Positions 48,890-59,933 of a stretch of DNA of 64,000 bases are shown here, piece after piece; position 1 is the first letter of the stretch, and each line of letters starts with the position of its first letter. The position numbers and the translations under genes were made by a program. The stretch is taken from NCBI GenBank assembly GCA_964252035.1, contig OZ176201.1; one strand, written 5' to 3'. The notes beneath the pieces are model-generated. The model had not been told where the DNA came from. It did not search any database and was given only the letters and a program-made list of their open reading frames with translations. This stretch comes from Podarcis erhardii. Lineage: Eukaryota.

Positions 48890-49141
48890 CATGAGTAGGC
48901 AAACTAAGGCCTGGGGGCCAGATCCGGCCCAATCGCCTTCTAAACCCGCCCTGTGGACAGTCCAGGAATCAGCGTGTTTTTATATGAGTAGAATGTGTGC
49001 TTTTATTTAAAATGCATCTCTGGGTTATTTGTGGGGCATAGGAATTCGTTCATAATTTTTTTTCCAAAATATAGTCCAGCCCCCCACAAGGTCTGAGGGA
49101 CTGTGGACCGGCTCCCTGCTGAAAAAGTTTGCTGACCCCTG
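48890..49141. mobile_element. hAT non-autonomous element (252 bp) with 8-bp TSD
   Basis: TIRs CATGAGTAGGCAAACT / AGTTTGCTGACCCCTG (12/16); flanks ACCTAGGT (48882-48889) and GCCTAGGT (49142-49149); subterminal GGCCAGATCCGGCCC. Confidence 0.9.
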
Positions 49142-50298
49142 GCCTAGGTCTTGACTCCTTGCTGGGGTCTAACAAGAGAATTACAAAGGCCCAACTGGAA
49201 TTACAAGAAGCTGCGATGCAGTATCGCCTGAAAATACTATGCTAGGCTCCAAAGAAGGGTTGCACGTTAGTGGGAGAGAGAACCACATACCTTTTGTTTT
49301 GCTCATGGCATTTCCCACAGCTAAAGAGGCAAGGCACTCTTCAGTTGAGAAACAGCTTGTCTGTAGTGGGAAATACTACAAGGAATCCAGCAAGGAAAAT
49401 TCCAGTTTTCTGGCTTTGAGCACATCTTTAGACCTTGATGTGTACTTGCAAGATTGTGTTAGCAAGCTGTATAGATCCTAGCTTACTGAGTACACAACGC
49501 ATAAGTGGCTGAGCAAAACAAGCATCTTACAGCACAAAACCCAACACAGGGGCCATTTCAAAGGCTTGTTAGCTGGTCCTCAAAAAGATTTTCAAGCACA
49601 ATGAGAAAAAATTAGTTTCCATCTCTCGTTGACAATAGCTTCAATCAACACACCCCAAGACATGCAGAATTTAACTGGAGTGTTTGTGCTTTTAAACACA
49701 AACACACACACACATACACAGCCAAAAGGCAACAATGCTTGTCATGACAATTGCTAGCGAATCTGAACTGCAGCAGTAGCATGAGAAATCTTCTTATTCC
49801 CCAATTATATACATTTTCTTTTCTTTTCTTTTTAAAAAGTCAAACATTAGTCACAGCTGAAGAAAAAAAACATCACCAGATTGTTCTGCCTGCAACACCC
49901 TCAATACGCGCTTGGCATCCTTTAAGTAATAGAGACAAGAGACAAACAGGATGCCAAATTTCCATCGACTGCAGGAGCTCCTGGGCAACAAAGGATAGAG
50001 GTGCAAGCATGATTTTGAAAAGCCAGTGAGACAAAACCTTAGTAACTAGGTTTCAAGTATGCATGTTAAAAGACTTATCTGGAGGTAGGATCTTTACAAC
50101 TTGCTTTGGGCATTCCCACCATGATTCCAATCAGCAGGGTAACCTGACACAGAATCTAGCTGCCAGAGTGTATTTAACACAATGGCTCCCCCCCACCACC
50201 ACCTTGCAGACCACTTGAAAATTGATGAAGGTCTTGGAGGACCACTTGATATTTTTTCTGCCTATTGTAGCAATTGTAGTGTGCTGTGCCAGGTGCTA

Positions 50299-50654
50299 CA
50301 GTGGTGCCCCGCAAGACGAACGCCTCACAAGACGGAAAACCCGCTAGACGAAAGGGTTTTCCGTTTTGGAGGCGCTTCGCAAAACGAATTTCCCTATGGG
50401 GTTGCTTCGCAAGACGAAAATGTCTTGCGAGTTCCCGCGGGTTTTTTCCGCTTTTTCCGCCCTTTTCCTAAGCCGCTAAGCCGCTTATCAGCTGATCCGC
50501 TGATAAGCCGCTTAACAGCTGATTGCTAAAAGCCGCTAGACCGCTAATAGCGCTAATCCGCTAAGCTGTCAATGGGCTTGCTTCGCAAGACGAAAAAACC
50601 GCTAGACGAAGAGAATCGCGGAACGGATTCTTTTCGTCTTGCGAGGCACCACTG
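50299..50654. mobile_element. Young Tc1/pogo(Tigger)-type MITE (356 bp), TA TSD
   Basis: ta|CAGTGGTGCCCCGCAAGACGAA ... TTCGTCTTGCGAGGCACCACTG|ta, 21/22 TIR match; CpG-rich; internal CTTCGCAAGACGAAA and AAGCCGCT repeats. Confidence 0.95.
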
Positions 50655-50685
50655 TATATGATTTTTTAATTGTATTTTTATTGAT

Positions 50686-50725
50686 TAAAGGTAAAGGTAA
50701 AGGTACCCCTGCCCGTACGGGCCAG
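50686..50725 (-). mobile_element. 5'-truncated Sauria SINE 3' end
   Basis: TAAAGGTAAAGGTAAAGGTACCCCTG is the reverse complement of the tail of the SINE at 59590-59933 (GGGGTACCTTTACCTTTA). Confidence 0.8.
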
Positions 50726-52557
50726 CTGATTCTTATATACTGTATTTTATTGTATTACACTTTGAGTCCCATATGATTTGAATTACAATTGTAATTCAAC
50801 AAGAATATTTAATATGTGATGGATGTGCCATCTCCAGTCTTCAACCACAAATCCATGGGTGCACCAAGGACCACCTCAATGAAGATCGCAGCCCACTGAT
50901 GGCCCGTGAACCACAGTTCGGGAACCCCTGATCCAAGATACAGAGGTGTTTAAATAAGATGAAAAGGAGTGCTTATAAAAGCCACCCCTGTTGGACATCC
51001 ACAAGAAATGCAGGTTGAGCAGAGCCTGGTTTGTGGCCTGAGACAAGTAGGCTATGAACTAGGCCAGCTTGACTTGCACCTTGAGCAGCTGTTGCTCACT
51101 TCACCACCTCCACCTGCCCTTGCCCCCACTCCAGGGCCACCAAACTTACCTGGGGCAAAGAAGGAGGAGCCAGTGCAGAAGGCAGCAGGTGCTGCAGCTT
51201 CTCAGCTCTAGGAACCTTTTTGGACTGAGGAATAGGATAAAAAAATATTTTAAATGAAATAAGTACCGGTAAGCAAATGTTTCACTATTCAAAACTACAA
51301 GAAAGCAGTAATTACAGCCAGTTCCCAACCCCCAGCAAGAATAGAAACTTACATTAAGGGGTGATTAAGGAAGCTAATAGGGGAAGTGAATGGGCCATCC
51401 TTCGTTAATCCCACAGAAAGCAATAAAAGGGTAGAACCAGTATGTAGGAAAGTTTTAATTAAAGGTGCAGGAGTTCTTAAAAGCCTCAATACCACTTTGC
51501 CTGTTCACACTGGACAGGCCAGCACTGCAACTGTCTATGTAATATTTTTTAATGCCACAGATCAGGTGTGAAAAAAACAGGAGGAGGCGTAGTCCAACAC
51601 AGAAAACACTGGAATACAACTGCTTTCCACAGAAGTTGTCTGGATTCTCCATAAATGTGAATGAACAAATTTCAGACCAAAGGGAAATAGCCTGGCCTCA
51701 TCTGAAATAAAACCATTCCACTTAATTTTTGCTCACAAGAAATACAAGTTGAGTCCCATGGGACTTGCTCCCAGGATTGAAGTTTAAATGATCCTGGTGA
51801 TTTCCTGGCCCCAGTCTCTAATCTAGTTTCTCACTCTGTGTCATTTTTTTCATTGCTGTCTCTCCTTGAAGTCCATTACCAAGGCCTCCATGGTGGATGC
51901 AGTAAGACGACCCATCCTGTGCTAGCGACTGCTAACAAGATGACCCTCCATATACAACCCATTGTAAACATTACCTTAGTGATGAGAAAATAGTCATGAG
52001 AATTGGATCTAAGAAAGCAAAGATAGGACTTTTGTACTCCTTTGGAAAAAAATGCACTTTGCCTTTCACACTGAGCTCAACAACTAGATCCTGATAGCAT
52101 GAAAGTGATACCAGACACTGTACATTCGGGAGCATTTATAGAATAATTACTCCCCTTCCTTAAACAAAAATAATATAAGAGTATAACAGGGAAGGCAATT
52201 CTGTGTAACCTGAGCAACTTCCCCACCCACAGCTTTATCTGGATTTTTCACTTTCTTCTGGAGTTCTGCTACTTTGATAGGTTTCAGAAGCCACAAGCTC
52301 CAACAGTGAGTCAAGTCTGGTATGGTAAACACTCGTCTATAGCAATGGTCTCTTAACTTCCTAGTTTCAGCAGCCTCTTTCCCATGTTAGCTTGTCTGAA
52401 GGCTTTCATGATTGCCTCCTGTTAAGAGTGAGAACACACCTAATTGTCTCCTGTAGCTGCGCATTACAAGGGAAGATTTGGAATTGTGGGCAGAGTGCCT
52501 GTAGAGAAAGCTTGCCCATCTTTCTGGAACCTTTCCCATGGTAGAACAGTGAAGAAG

Positions 52558-52674
52558 AGCCCTAGCTCAGTGGTACACAACACCTGAAACCCTGGAGAGT
52601 CAGCATAGACAATACTGTACTGAGTTAGATGGGCCAGTGGTTTGAATAGGTATCAGGAAGCTTCCTTTGTTCCT
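52558..52674 (+). mobile_element. SINE family A with internal deletion
   Basis: TAGCTCAGTGGTA head joined to CCTGAAACCCTGGAGAG...TAGACAATACTG...GATGGGCCAGTGG...GCTTCCTTTGTTCCT. Confidence 0.75.
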
Positions 52675-53774
52675 TACCCCTTCTGGGGAAAAAACCCTAG
52701 TTTTCCTGAACACAAGTCTGAAAACCCTTGACTTAGGGGTAGTGATTTCTGTGCCAACCACCCACAGACATGCCCTCAGAACAGAAAAGGAGTTCTTGTC
52801 CATGCTCTTGTTTGCAAAGTTCTTTTGCAGGATATGTTATTCTATGAATAGTGGCAATGGCCATTTGTAGACTAATGTAGACCCCAACCTCTTTCACCGC
52901 GGTACCCGCACTCCCAACTGGAGTTGTTCTTACATCCAAGGCTAACAGAGAAGGAATTCTCAGCCCTTGGTTAGATTATGCAAAGTTGTTGAAGCAAATG
53001 TCAGCAGTAGGGCTACTTAACCCACCAAGAGCGCATAAATGCTACAAGGCACCATGTCAGATTGATGTGGCATCTACAACACAGGAGATTTCATTCAGTT
53101 GAAGTTAGTTAGCAGTTTTAAATTTGAATATCCCAGCCCTACAGCCATATGCTCTCAGGGCAGCTAGCGTTCAGATAAAAGAGATTAACATAGCAGAAGT
53201 TTTTTATTAAAAAAAAAATTAAATTAGCAGAAGCAGTTAAAAACAAACAAACCACACATGCAAATCTTGCAGCAGTATAACACCCAAGTTAGCTAATGTT
53301 TCGAAAGAACCTGGAAAATTAAGAAGGCAGCATTAAAAAGACACATAAAAGTAGGTGCCAGCTAAGTCCATGATGTGGTGCCACAGGCAGGAAGACCCTC
53401 TCCCTTAGTTGACACACACCGAACTTCAGAAGGCGAGGGCAATTAGAGAAAAGCCTCTGATGCTTATCTTCACAGGCAGGCACGTACATGTGGGAAAAGG
53501 CAGTCTTTTAGGTAACCAGCTCCCAAACCCTGTGGAGCTCTAAAGTTAAGTACCAGCACCTTGAATTGTACAGAACTGTTCCAAAACTGGCAAGACACGT
53601 TCCCTTGGGCCAGTCCCAGTTAACAGTCTAGAGATGTTTCCTTTGTGTCCTTTCCGAATTTCAGAGCCTTCCTGTTGTTAGGAGGAAAAGATAAGAATAA
53701 AAGAGGGTGAGGCCCCCTTAGAGAAGCCTCAGTTGTGGCCTGGGAATGATTTTCAGCATTATTTTGGCCAGGCA

Positions 53775-53819
<45 letters not shown>
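53775..53819. repeat. Compound (AT)n(AG)n microsatellite
   Basis: Direct reading. Confidence 0.95.
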
Positions 53820-53821
<2 letters not shown>

Positions 53822-54712
53822 AAAAAGCACTGAATGCAGATAATTGTGCTAATTGCATGCACAAAGCACTCGGCTCGCTCTGAGCTGCTTGCTCACGGCC
53901 AGTGTCACTGAACCCACTTCAGCCAGCAATCTCTATGATGAATGAGAAGCGAGCATGATTTCATTGTCTGGCGAGGTTGAGAGAGGGAGGGAGAAGCGTG
54001 CTGAGCTTCCTAGCACCAGAGGCTCTTCCTCAAGTGCATGAGGGACACCCCAACACAGAATGCTCTATGCTAGTGTTGTGGAGGGGGGAGCAAGAGGGAG
54101 GAAGGGAAGAGATGCTGAACATGGAAGTAGGAAACAGCACCAAGCAACAGCACATGCATGAGCTTGCATCAAGGTGGCCAACCACTACAGTGAATTAATT
54201 AGATTAAGCAAAAACAGGCTACAATATATTTATCCCATAGAGCCCAAAGCTCTTCAACATCTTTCCAGAAAGACCCTCAAAGGGCCTCCTCTGGTCAGCA
54301 GGGGTTAAGAGTGGATGTTGTTCTTTAGGCTGCTGCATAGAAATATTCTCAAGTTAGCCCTAATTGTGTTCTCCCACCAACTGAGCATACTTTGGGCTCT
54401 CTCCTGCTTTAGCTTAGCAGGAGGCACATTCCACAATACAGGCTGTACCAAACCCCAGAAAGGAGGGAGCCTATTGCAAAAGGTTTTTGGTTTTTTTAAA
54501 GGCTCATATTAGTTGCACAAACAGTCTAAACTGGCAGAGAATCTATCAATTAACCTAGAATAAGGTTTTGCTGCTACTATCAGAGTTCTAGAAAAATGCA
54601 GTTGATAGAATCTAAGCCTGTGATCAAACCAATGTTCTTTCCAGTCCAGAGTTCTTCAGAACCCAGAATGCATCTCTTCCAAGGCATGAATTAAGCAGCC
54701 AACCAGTCTTTT

Positions 54713-54713
54713 C

Positions 54714-54750
<37 letters not shown>

Positions 54751-54751
54751 G
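54713..54751. repeat. (CAGA)9-10 microsatellite
   Basis: Direct reading. Confidence 0.95.
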
Positions 54752-55271
54752 CACAGTCCCAAGAATAAAGCATGCTTAAACTTAAAGGGATGAACATTTG
54801 TTTTGAAAAGGAAGGAGAAACCAGCACAGCAAACAAGAAAAGAATAAAAATTGAGCACTCGGAGCTTATCTACAACTTACCTTTTGCCCTGCACTTTCTA
54901 GGCATAGGTCTGCACTATAAAGCTCCATGTCTCAGTGTTTATTGGGGGGAGGGGCTTGTCCCACTGCTTTATCCAGGAAGACCTTCTATTTAACACTGAA
55001 TAGGAACAAACTGAAATTTGGTTTTTCGGTGGATTGCTGTTTGCTCCGATTCAGCAGGAAAGAGCATGTTTTTGCAGGGAAAGTGTTGTGGCAAAAAAGA
55101 AAAAGGCACTTGGACAAAGTGCTTTAAAGCACAGGCCTGTGCCTAAAAACACAGCATGAAAGGAAGTTTGGATGAGCCCTCAGTGCAATTCTAACCACAT
55201 GCACCTTCTCTTTTAATTCTAACCACATGTCTTTTGCACCTGGTTGTTTGATAGATCTTGAGGTTCTAGTA

Positions 55272-55679
55272 CACGGGTGTCAAACACAAGGCCCGCGGGA
55301 CAAATCCGGCCCGCCAGACCTCGTCATGTGGCCCGTGTAGCCGGCGGCGGCCGCCAGCCTTCACCTTTTATTCTCGCTTTTTTTTTTTTTTTTACACAAG
55401 AAAGCCGCCTCTTCAGCGCATGCGTGGCAGCCTACAAGCCAGAGAACGTCTGCCCTCTAGCGGCGCCGGCCGTTCTACACAGGAAACCTCCACTTTACAT
55501 GCATTCAGGAAACCTCCACTTGTTTTTATATTGAGCGCATGCCATCCTGTGATGTGACAGATCCAACGGCTGCCTGAACCCTTCTCTCCTGTACTGTAAG
55601 TCCTACAGATACAACCGGTCCTTTGAGGGTGACCAAACCGCTGATGCGGCCCCCAATGAATTTGAGTTTGACACCCCTG
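55272..55679. mobile_element. Young hAT MITE (408 bp) with perfect 8-bp TSD
   Basis: TIRs CACGGGTGTCAAAC / GTTTGACACCCCTG (13/14); identical flanks TTCTAGTA at 55264-55271 and 55680-55687; CpG-rich; subterminal AAATCCGGCCCG and GCGGCCC motifs. Confidence 0.95.
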
Positions 55680-56759
55680 TTCTAGTAAAACAAAAATGAG
55701 GCAGATCCCAAAAACCTGCCCCCCCAACCCCAGTTAGACTACCAATACCAATAACAGCTCAAATTGCATCCTCTTGCACAAGACATATTTTGCCATGCAA
55801 GGCCCAAACAAATTATTAGGTGCGACTTTTGAAATGTTAATGAGCTAGCTCAGTCATTGTCAATGCTCCCAGCAAGTCTGGAAGTTGAACAATGGAAGAC
55901 AGAACCATCCTTCCTGACCCCAGTAGGAAGCCTGCATCTACTGAGGTTTCCCTCAACCCCTTTAAACATAGAGAAACAACTAAAGAAATGCCTGAGAAAA
56001 TATTGATTATAATGTGCAAGTTTTTGCACACATCATCATAAGCAGCAGGGCACAATTTGTATCAACAGTTTTCCCCTGGGAGATTCCTTCCACATACTGG
56101 GTGGCTCACCTAGAGATTTGCATTTGGAAAGCACAATACTAGGTTGGAATTGTAAGAAGCATGTGCATACATATGCTATATCATAAGATTCATCACCATC
56201 AGATATTTAAAACCTTCTAACAGCTTGCAGAACTATAACAAATGTTGCTCAAAGGCATTATTTGGGTTCTAAGAAAATCCCTGGGGAAAAAATTCAGGGG
56301 GTTTATCTTTCACATGCTACGGGAAGGGCCAAATAAAGGGACAACTTCCTGTCTATGCGCTCTTGTGCAATACCATCATTACAGCAATGAATACTGCTAG
56401 GAACTGGCTCCCTGAAGCAACAAATGGGAAAACCCCAAGCCAGAAACTGGCTTGCAGTTTGCTCCATGTCCTCACATGCAACAAACACGTTGGGCAAAAG
56501 GGTGTGGGAGATTGATGTGTTAAGGCAGCAAAAGGAGATGTTCTTTGAGCTTACCACATGCAAATACTTATAACTGGAAAACTGCTAGTCCTATTCTGAC
56601 TACCTGCACAGATCTGTTACTGTCCCTTGGTCGCACTACCAGCTTAAGCTCTTGCCAGTAAACTGCTACATTGATATCCATGGCTCCCAATTTATTTGTT
56701 CTCTCTAGCCCCTGGTCTGCCAATGCATCAACACTGCTATTGTAACCTAACCCACCACC

Positions 56760-57215
56760 GCACTGCAAGCTCCCACAGAACCAATTTCATCAGATGCATG
56801 AAGTGCTCAACAATGTGGGTAGGATACCTTAATTATACCTAGACAGCAGGTAAAAGAAGGGGGGGAATTGTGTAAGCTGTTCCAGAAGGGCAGCTATGAA
56901 AATGTCTTGCAACAAGACAACAGAATCCTGCAGCATCTTTAAAGGCCAATGAATTTATTCTGACATCCAGCTTTTGTGCTTCAGAGCCCACTCCAAGTTT
57001 GGCAGAAGCTAGAATCCAACAAGCACCTGGCCTGCAAAGAAGGTGGTTCGCCATCCCTGGACTAGAGGAAATACTGTTATGTGGCATCATCCATTCAGGT
57101 GATGACATCTTGCATCTGATGAAGTGGGTGCTGACACACACACAAAAGTTTATGCCACAGTAAAGTCACTAGTTCTTGAGGTGCCACACATGACTCTTTG
57201 TTGTGTTTGCAGAAA
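56760..57215. mobile_element. Penelope-like retroelement terminal-repeat relics (two minus, one plus copy)
   Basis: 57111-57204 TGCATCTGATGAAGTGGG...CACAAAAGTTTATGCCACAGTAAA...CTTGAGGTGCCAC...GACTCTTTGTTG resembles the recalled reptile Penelope terminus; 56917-56993 is an inverted, roughly 65% similar copy; 56763-56798 is a third core on the minus strand. Confidence 0.7.
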
Positions 57216-58044
57216 CAAAACAAACCTCTGAAGTTTCATCTGTTCTACAGTCTCTCCTATAGACTAAAGCAATCTACTCGGCATGCAAGAATAGGCTTTT
57301 CAGTGCTCTGAGAATTGCTCCAGCAACTGGGTATGTAATAGTGGAGATAAAGAATGCTATTGTCTTCACCCGCTGCACAGACATGAGCATCAACACTTCT
57401 TTCTCAACTGAAGCTGGAAATACAGAGTAGTTACCTTAAACCTGCTATGTTCTGACCGTGATTTAATGGGAGCGGCCCTTTCACAGTAGACTTTGCAATG
57501 AGCAAATATCTTCCACGCGGAGGCCAGGCCTTTGGAACCTGGGTTGTTAGCTCTGGTCTATGCCCACGAATCTCTCATGAAGCTGTGCCAGCTCTTGAGG
57601 CCCTTTGCCTCAAAGGTACGGATTAAGTAGTATAGTGAGTTTCACAACCACCACAGGGCTCTGCTGTTTTTCTAAGCTCAAGGGAAACTACCCAGTTTAT
57701 AAATCAAGGAAGACTGCACGAATGGGCCACCAGTGTTGAACAATGCCAGCATTATGGAATACCAAGACAAATCTGCTTAACAACAATAGTCCTAAAATGG
57801 AGGTTGTGGGCTGGGTAAGCTCTTAGTTCAGCAGGATGGAGTAGGAGGGGGTATGACAGTTCTCTGAAGGTTTTGTGTAATAGTAAGGCCTGAGTCTTGA
57901 ACCCTTCAAAACAGAGTTCTTCTCACTTAAGAAGCAGAAGCTGAATTTAGAAGCCCTCAGAGGGTCTTCTGCAGACCCTGTGAAAGTGATGTAGTGTCTA
58001 ACTAACTTGCTCTGTCACTGCAAAGATTTCTGCACAATCATTAA

Positions 58045-58195
58045 AACTTCCCCCCTTCTCCTTGCCCTGCACACACCCCATGCCCTCCCCAAATCTGCTC
58101 CAGAGAGTTGGGGAAACCCAGAACAGATTTAGGGGACATGTACAGGGGGAGCAGATTGGGGGGGATTTCCACTGCACAAGTTGAAATCCTTGCAG
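58045..58195. mobile_element. Old palindromic element family Q
   Basis: CCCCAAATCTGCTCCAGAG...CCAGAACAGATTTAGGGG hairpin core. Confidence 0.55.
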
Positions 58196-58499
58196 TGACG
58201 GAATGAGTTAGTTGTATACTGCCCCATGTTCTTAAGTGTTTTGCTTCAAAAACAATAGCTACGTAAATCACACAACAGTTCTGATGACAAAAAAAGCTGA
58301 TAGAAGCCTCTAACTGTGGATTTCTTGGGATAGTTGGTCTGGAAACAGTTTTAATACTTGAGGCACGTATTCATGGTCAGCTAACATGCATTAGTGATCA
58401 TTCTAATACCTTTCAATTGGTCTATGACACTTACAATCTTGGTGTGGAATTCAACATCATGCTCTTCCAATCGTTCCACTTGTACAAAAATTTCAGTTT

Positions 58500-58625
58500 C
58501 CCAGAAGGAACAACCTCCCCTCTCCTCACTCCATGTGCTGCTCAGGGGGCTCTCCCAACACCCCCCTGAGTCAATCTGGGGGGCACAGATGTGGGTGGAA
58601 GACATGTTGCACAAGTGGAAATCCT
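58500..58625. mobile_element. Old palindromic element family Q
   Basis: GCTCAGGGGG...CCCCCTGAG inverted core; ends TGCACAAGTGGAAATCC like the 58045 copy. Confidence 0.5.
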
Positions 58626-59589
58626 TACAGAGGGTTTCTATTTATGGGACTTGGCTAGGTGAATTCCATCCCATCCCTGGTTGCTGAGGAGTTGTAAAAA
58701 ATGGTGGATTTTCCATTGGGGGTTCTAATCTGCATGAGTGATTATGATCTTAAGTCCTGGGGTGCTAGTTTTTCTGATTAAATAGTAGGGGATATAAAAA
58801 AGGTGATTTGGTATATGTTGTACTGGGAAAACTGAACCAGAACTCAAAATACAAAAGTGAGTTCGCTTAGAGAAGGACCCCTCTCTCCCCAGCTACAGTC
58901 TTTGGTCACTGGCACATGTTTAATTTGTCCAGCTGGCCATTTGGAACCAGTAAAAGGTCTTTAACAAGCTCCTGTGAATAGTGAGAAGCATAGACAGGAA
59001 TGTCAACTCAGGACAAAAAACTCCTCCTGCGTAATTCATTCCATCTCTGAAATAGTCTAACTTAGTGGCACCTCCAAGCTAGATGTGTAAAGTTATGGCA
59101 GACTGGGGGGGGGGAGGGGGGTGCGGGGAGAGAGAAGGAAAAGGTGTAAGAGGTAATTGCTCATCTCTTAAGAGATATGCACATCAACCCAGCCAAGGTG
59201 TTAAGCACACAGCTTCAGATTTCCTTGCTGGATCAAGAACTTCACAAACAGAATGAATCCAGATACACATCTGTACTGCAATGCTTATAAGATGTAAGAA
59301 ATCCATTATGGGTTTCCCATTTGTATTACAGTGCAGGTGGAAGCATGTCTTTCCATCTGTACTTCAATGTGGATGGGAATGTACATCTCCAGCTACTTTC
59401 TCAGTGAATGTGTACATGATTGCACAGGAGTGCATCTTAACTAGGGATATGGTCTGTATTGTGGTTTCTAACTCTGAGTTTTCCGTCAGCCAAATTAATG
59501 ATTTCCCAGGCATGGTACAAGAAAAAGGGATGTTCAGAGTATTGTGAGAAGTTTCCTCTTATTATATATCAGGCAATAAACCAACCCTA

Positions 59590-59933
59590 GGTGGGTGGTG
59601 CTGTGGTCTAAACCACAGAGCCTAGGGCTTGCCGATGAGAAGGTCGGCGGTTCGAATCCCCGTGACGGGGTGAGCTCCCGTTGTTCGGTCCCAGCTCCTG
59701 CCCACCTAGCAGTTCGAAAGCACATCAAAGTGCAAGTAAATAGGTGGCAGGAAGGTAAACGGCATTTCCGTGTATTGCTCTGGTTCGCCAGAAGCAGCTA
59801 AGTCATACTGGCCACATGACCCAGAAGCTGTCTGTGGACAAAGCCGGCTCCCTTGGCTTATAGCGCGAGATGAGCGCGCAACTCCAGAGTCGTCCGCAAC
59901 TGGACCTAACAGTCAGGGGTACCTTTACCTTTA
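59590..59933 (+). mobile_element. Full-length Sauria SINE (lacertid type)
   Basis: A-box GGTGCTGTGG, B-box GGTTCGAATCC, body CCTAGCAGTTCGAAAGCAC...GGAAGGTAAACGGC...CTGGCCACATGACC, BovB-derived tail ending (ACCTTT)2. Confidence 0.92.

Larger units (their letters stand above)
50135..50930. mobile_element. Older hAT-type element interrupted by two younger insertions
   Basis: Right end CACAGTTCGGGAACCCCTG; repeated GACCAC motifs on both sides of the nested insertions; left boundary uncertain. Confidence 0.55.

Noticed and set aside
50182-50529. ORFs over the pogo-type MITE, and a CENP-B-box-like reading of its TTCGCAAGACG repeats
   Set aside because: The ORFs arise from GC-rich repeat sequence; the repeat matches only the TTCG...A half of the CENP-B box and lacks CGGG.
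4096-58573. Scattered AP-1 sites (TGAGTCA/TGACTCA)
   Set aside because: The number seen (about 8) is what chance predicts for this 7-mer in 64 kb.
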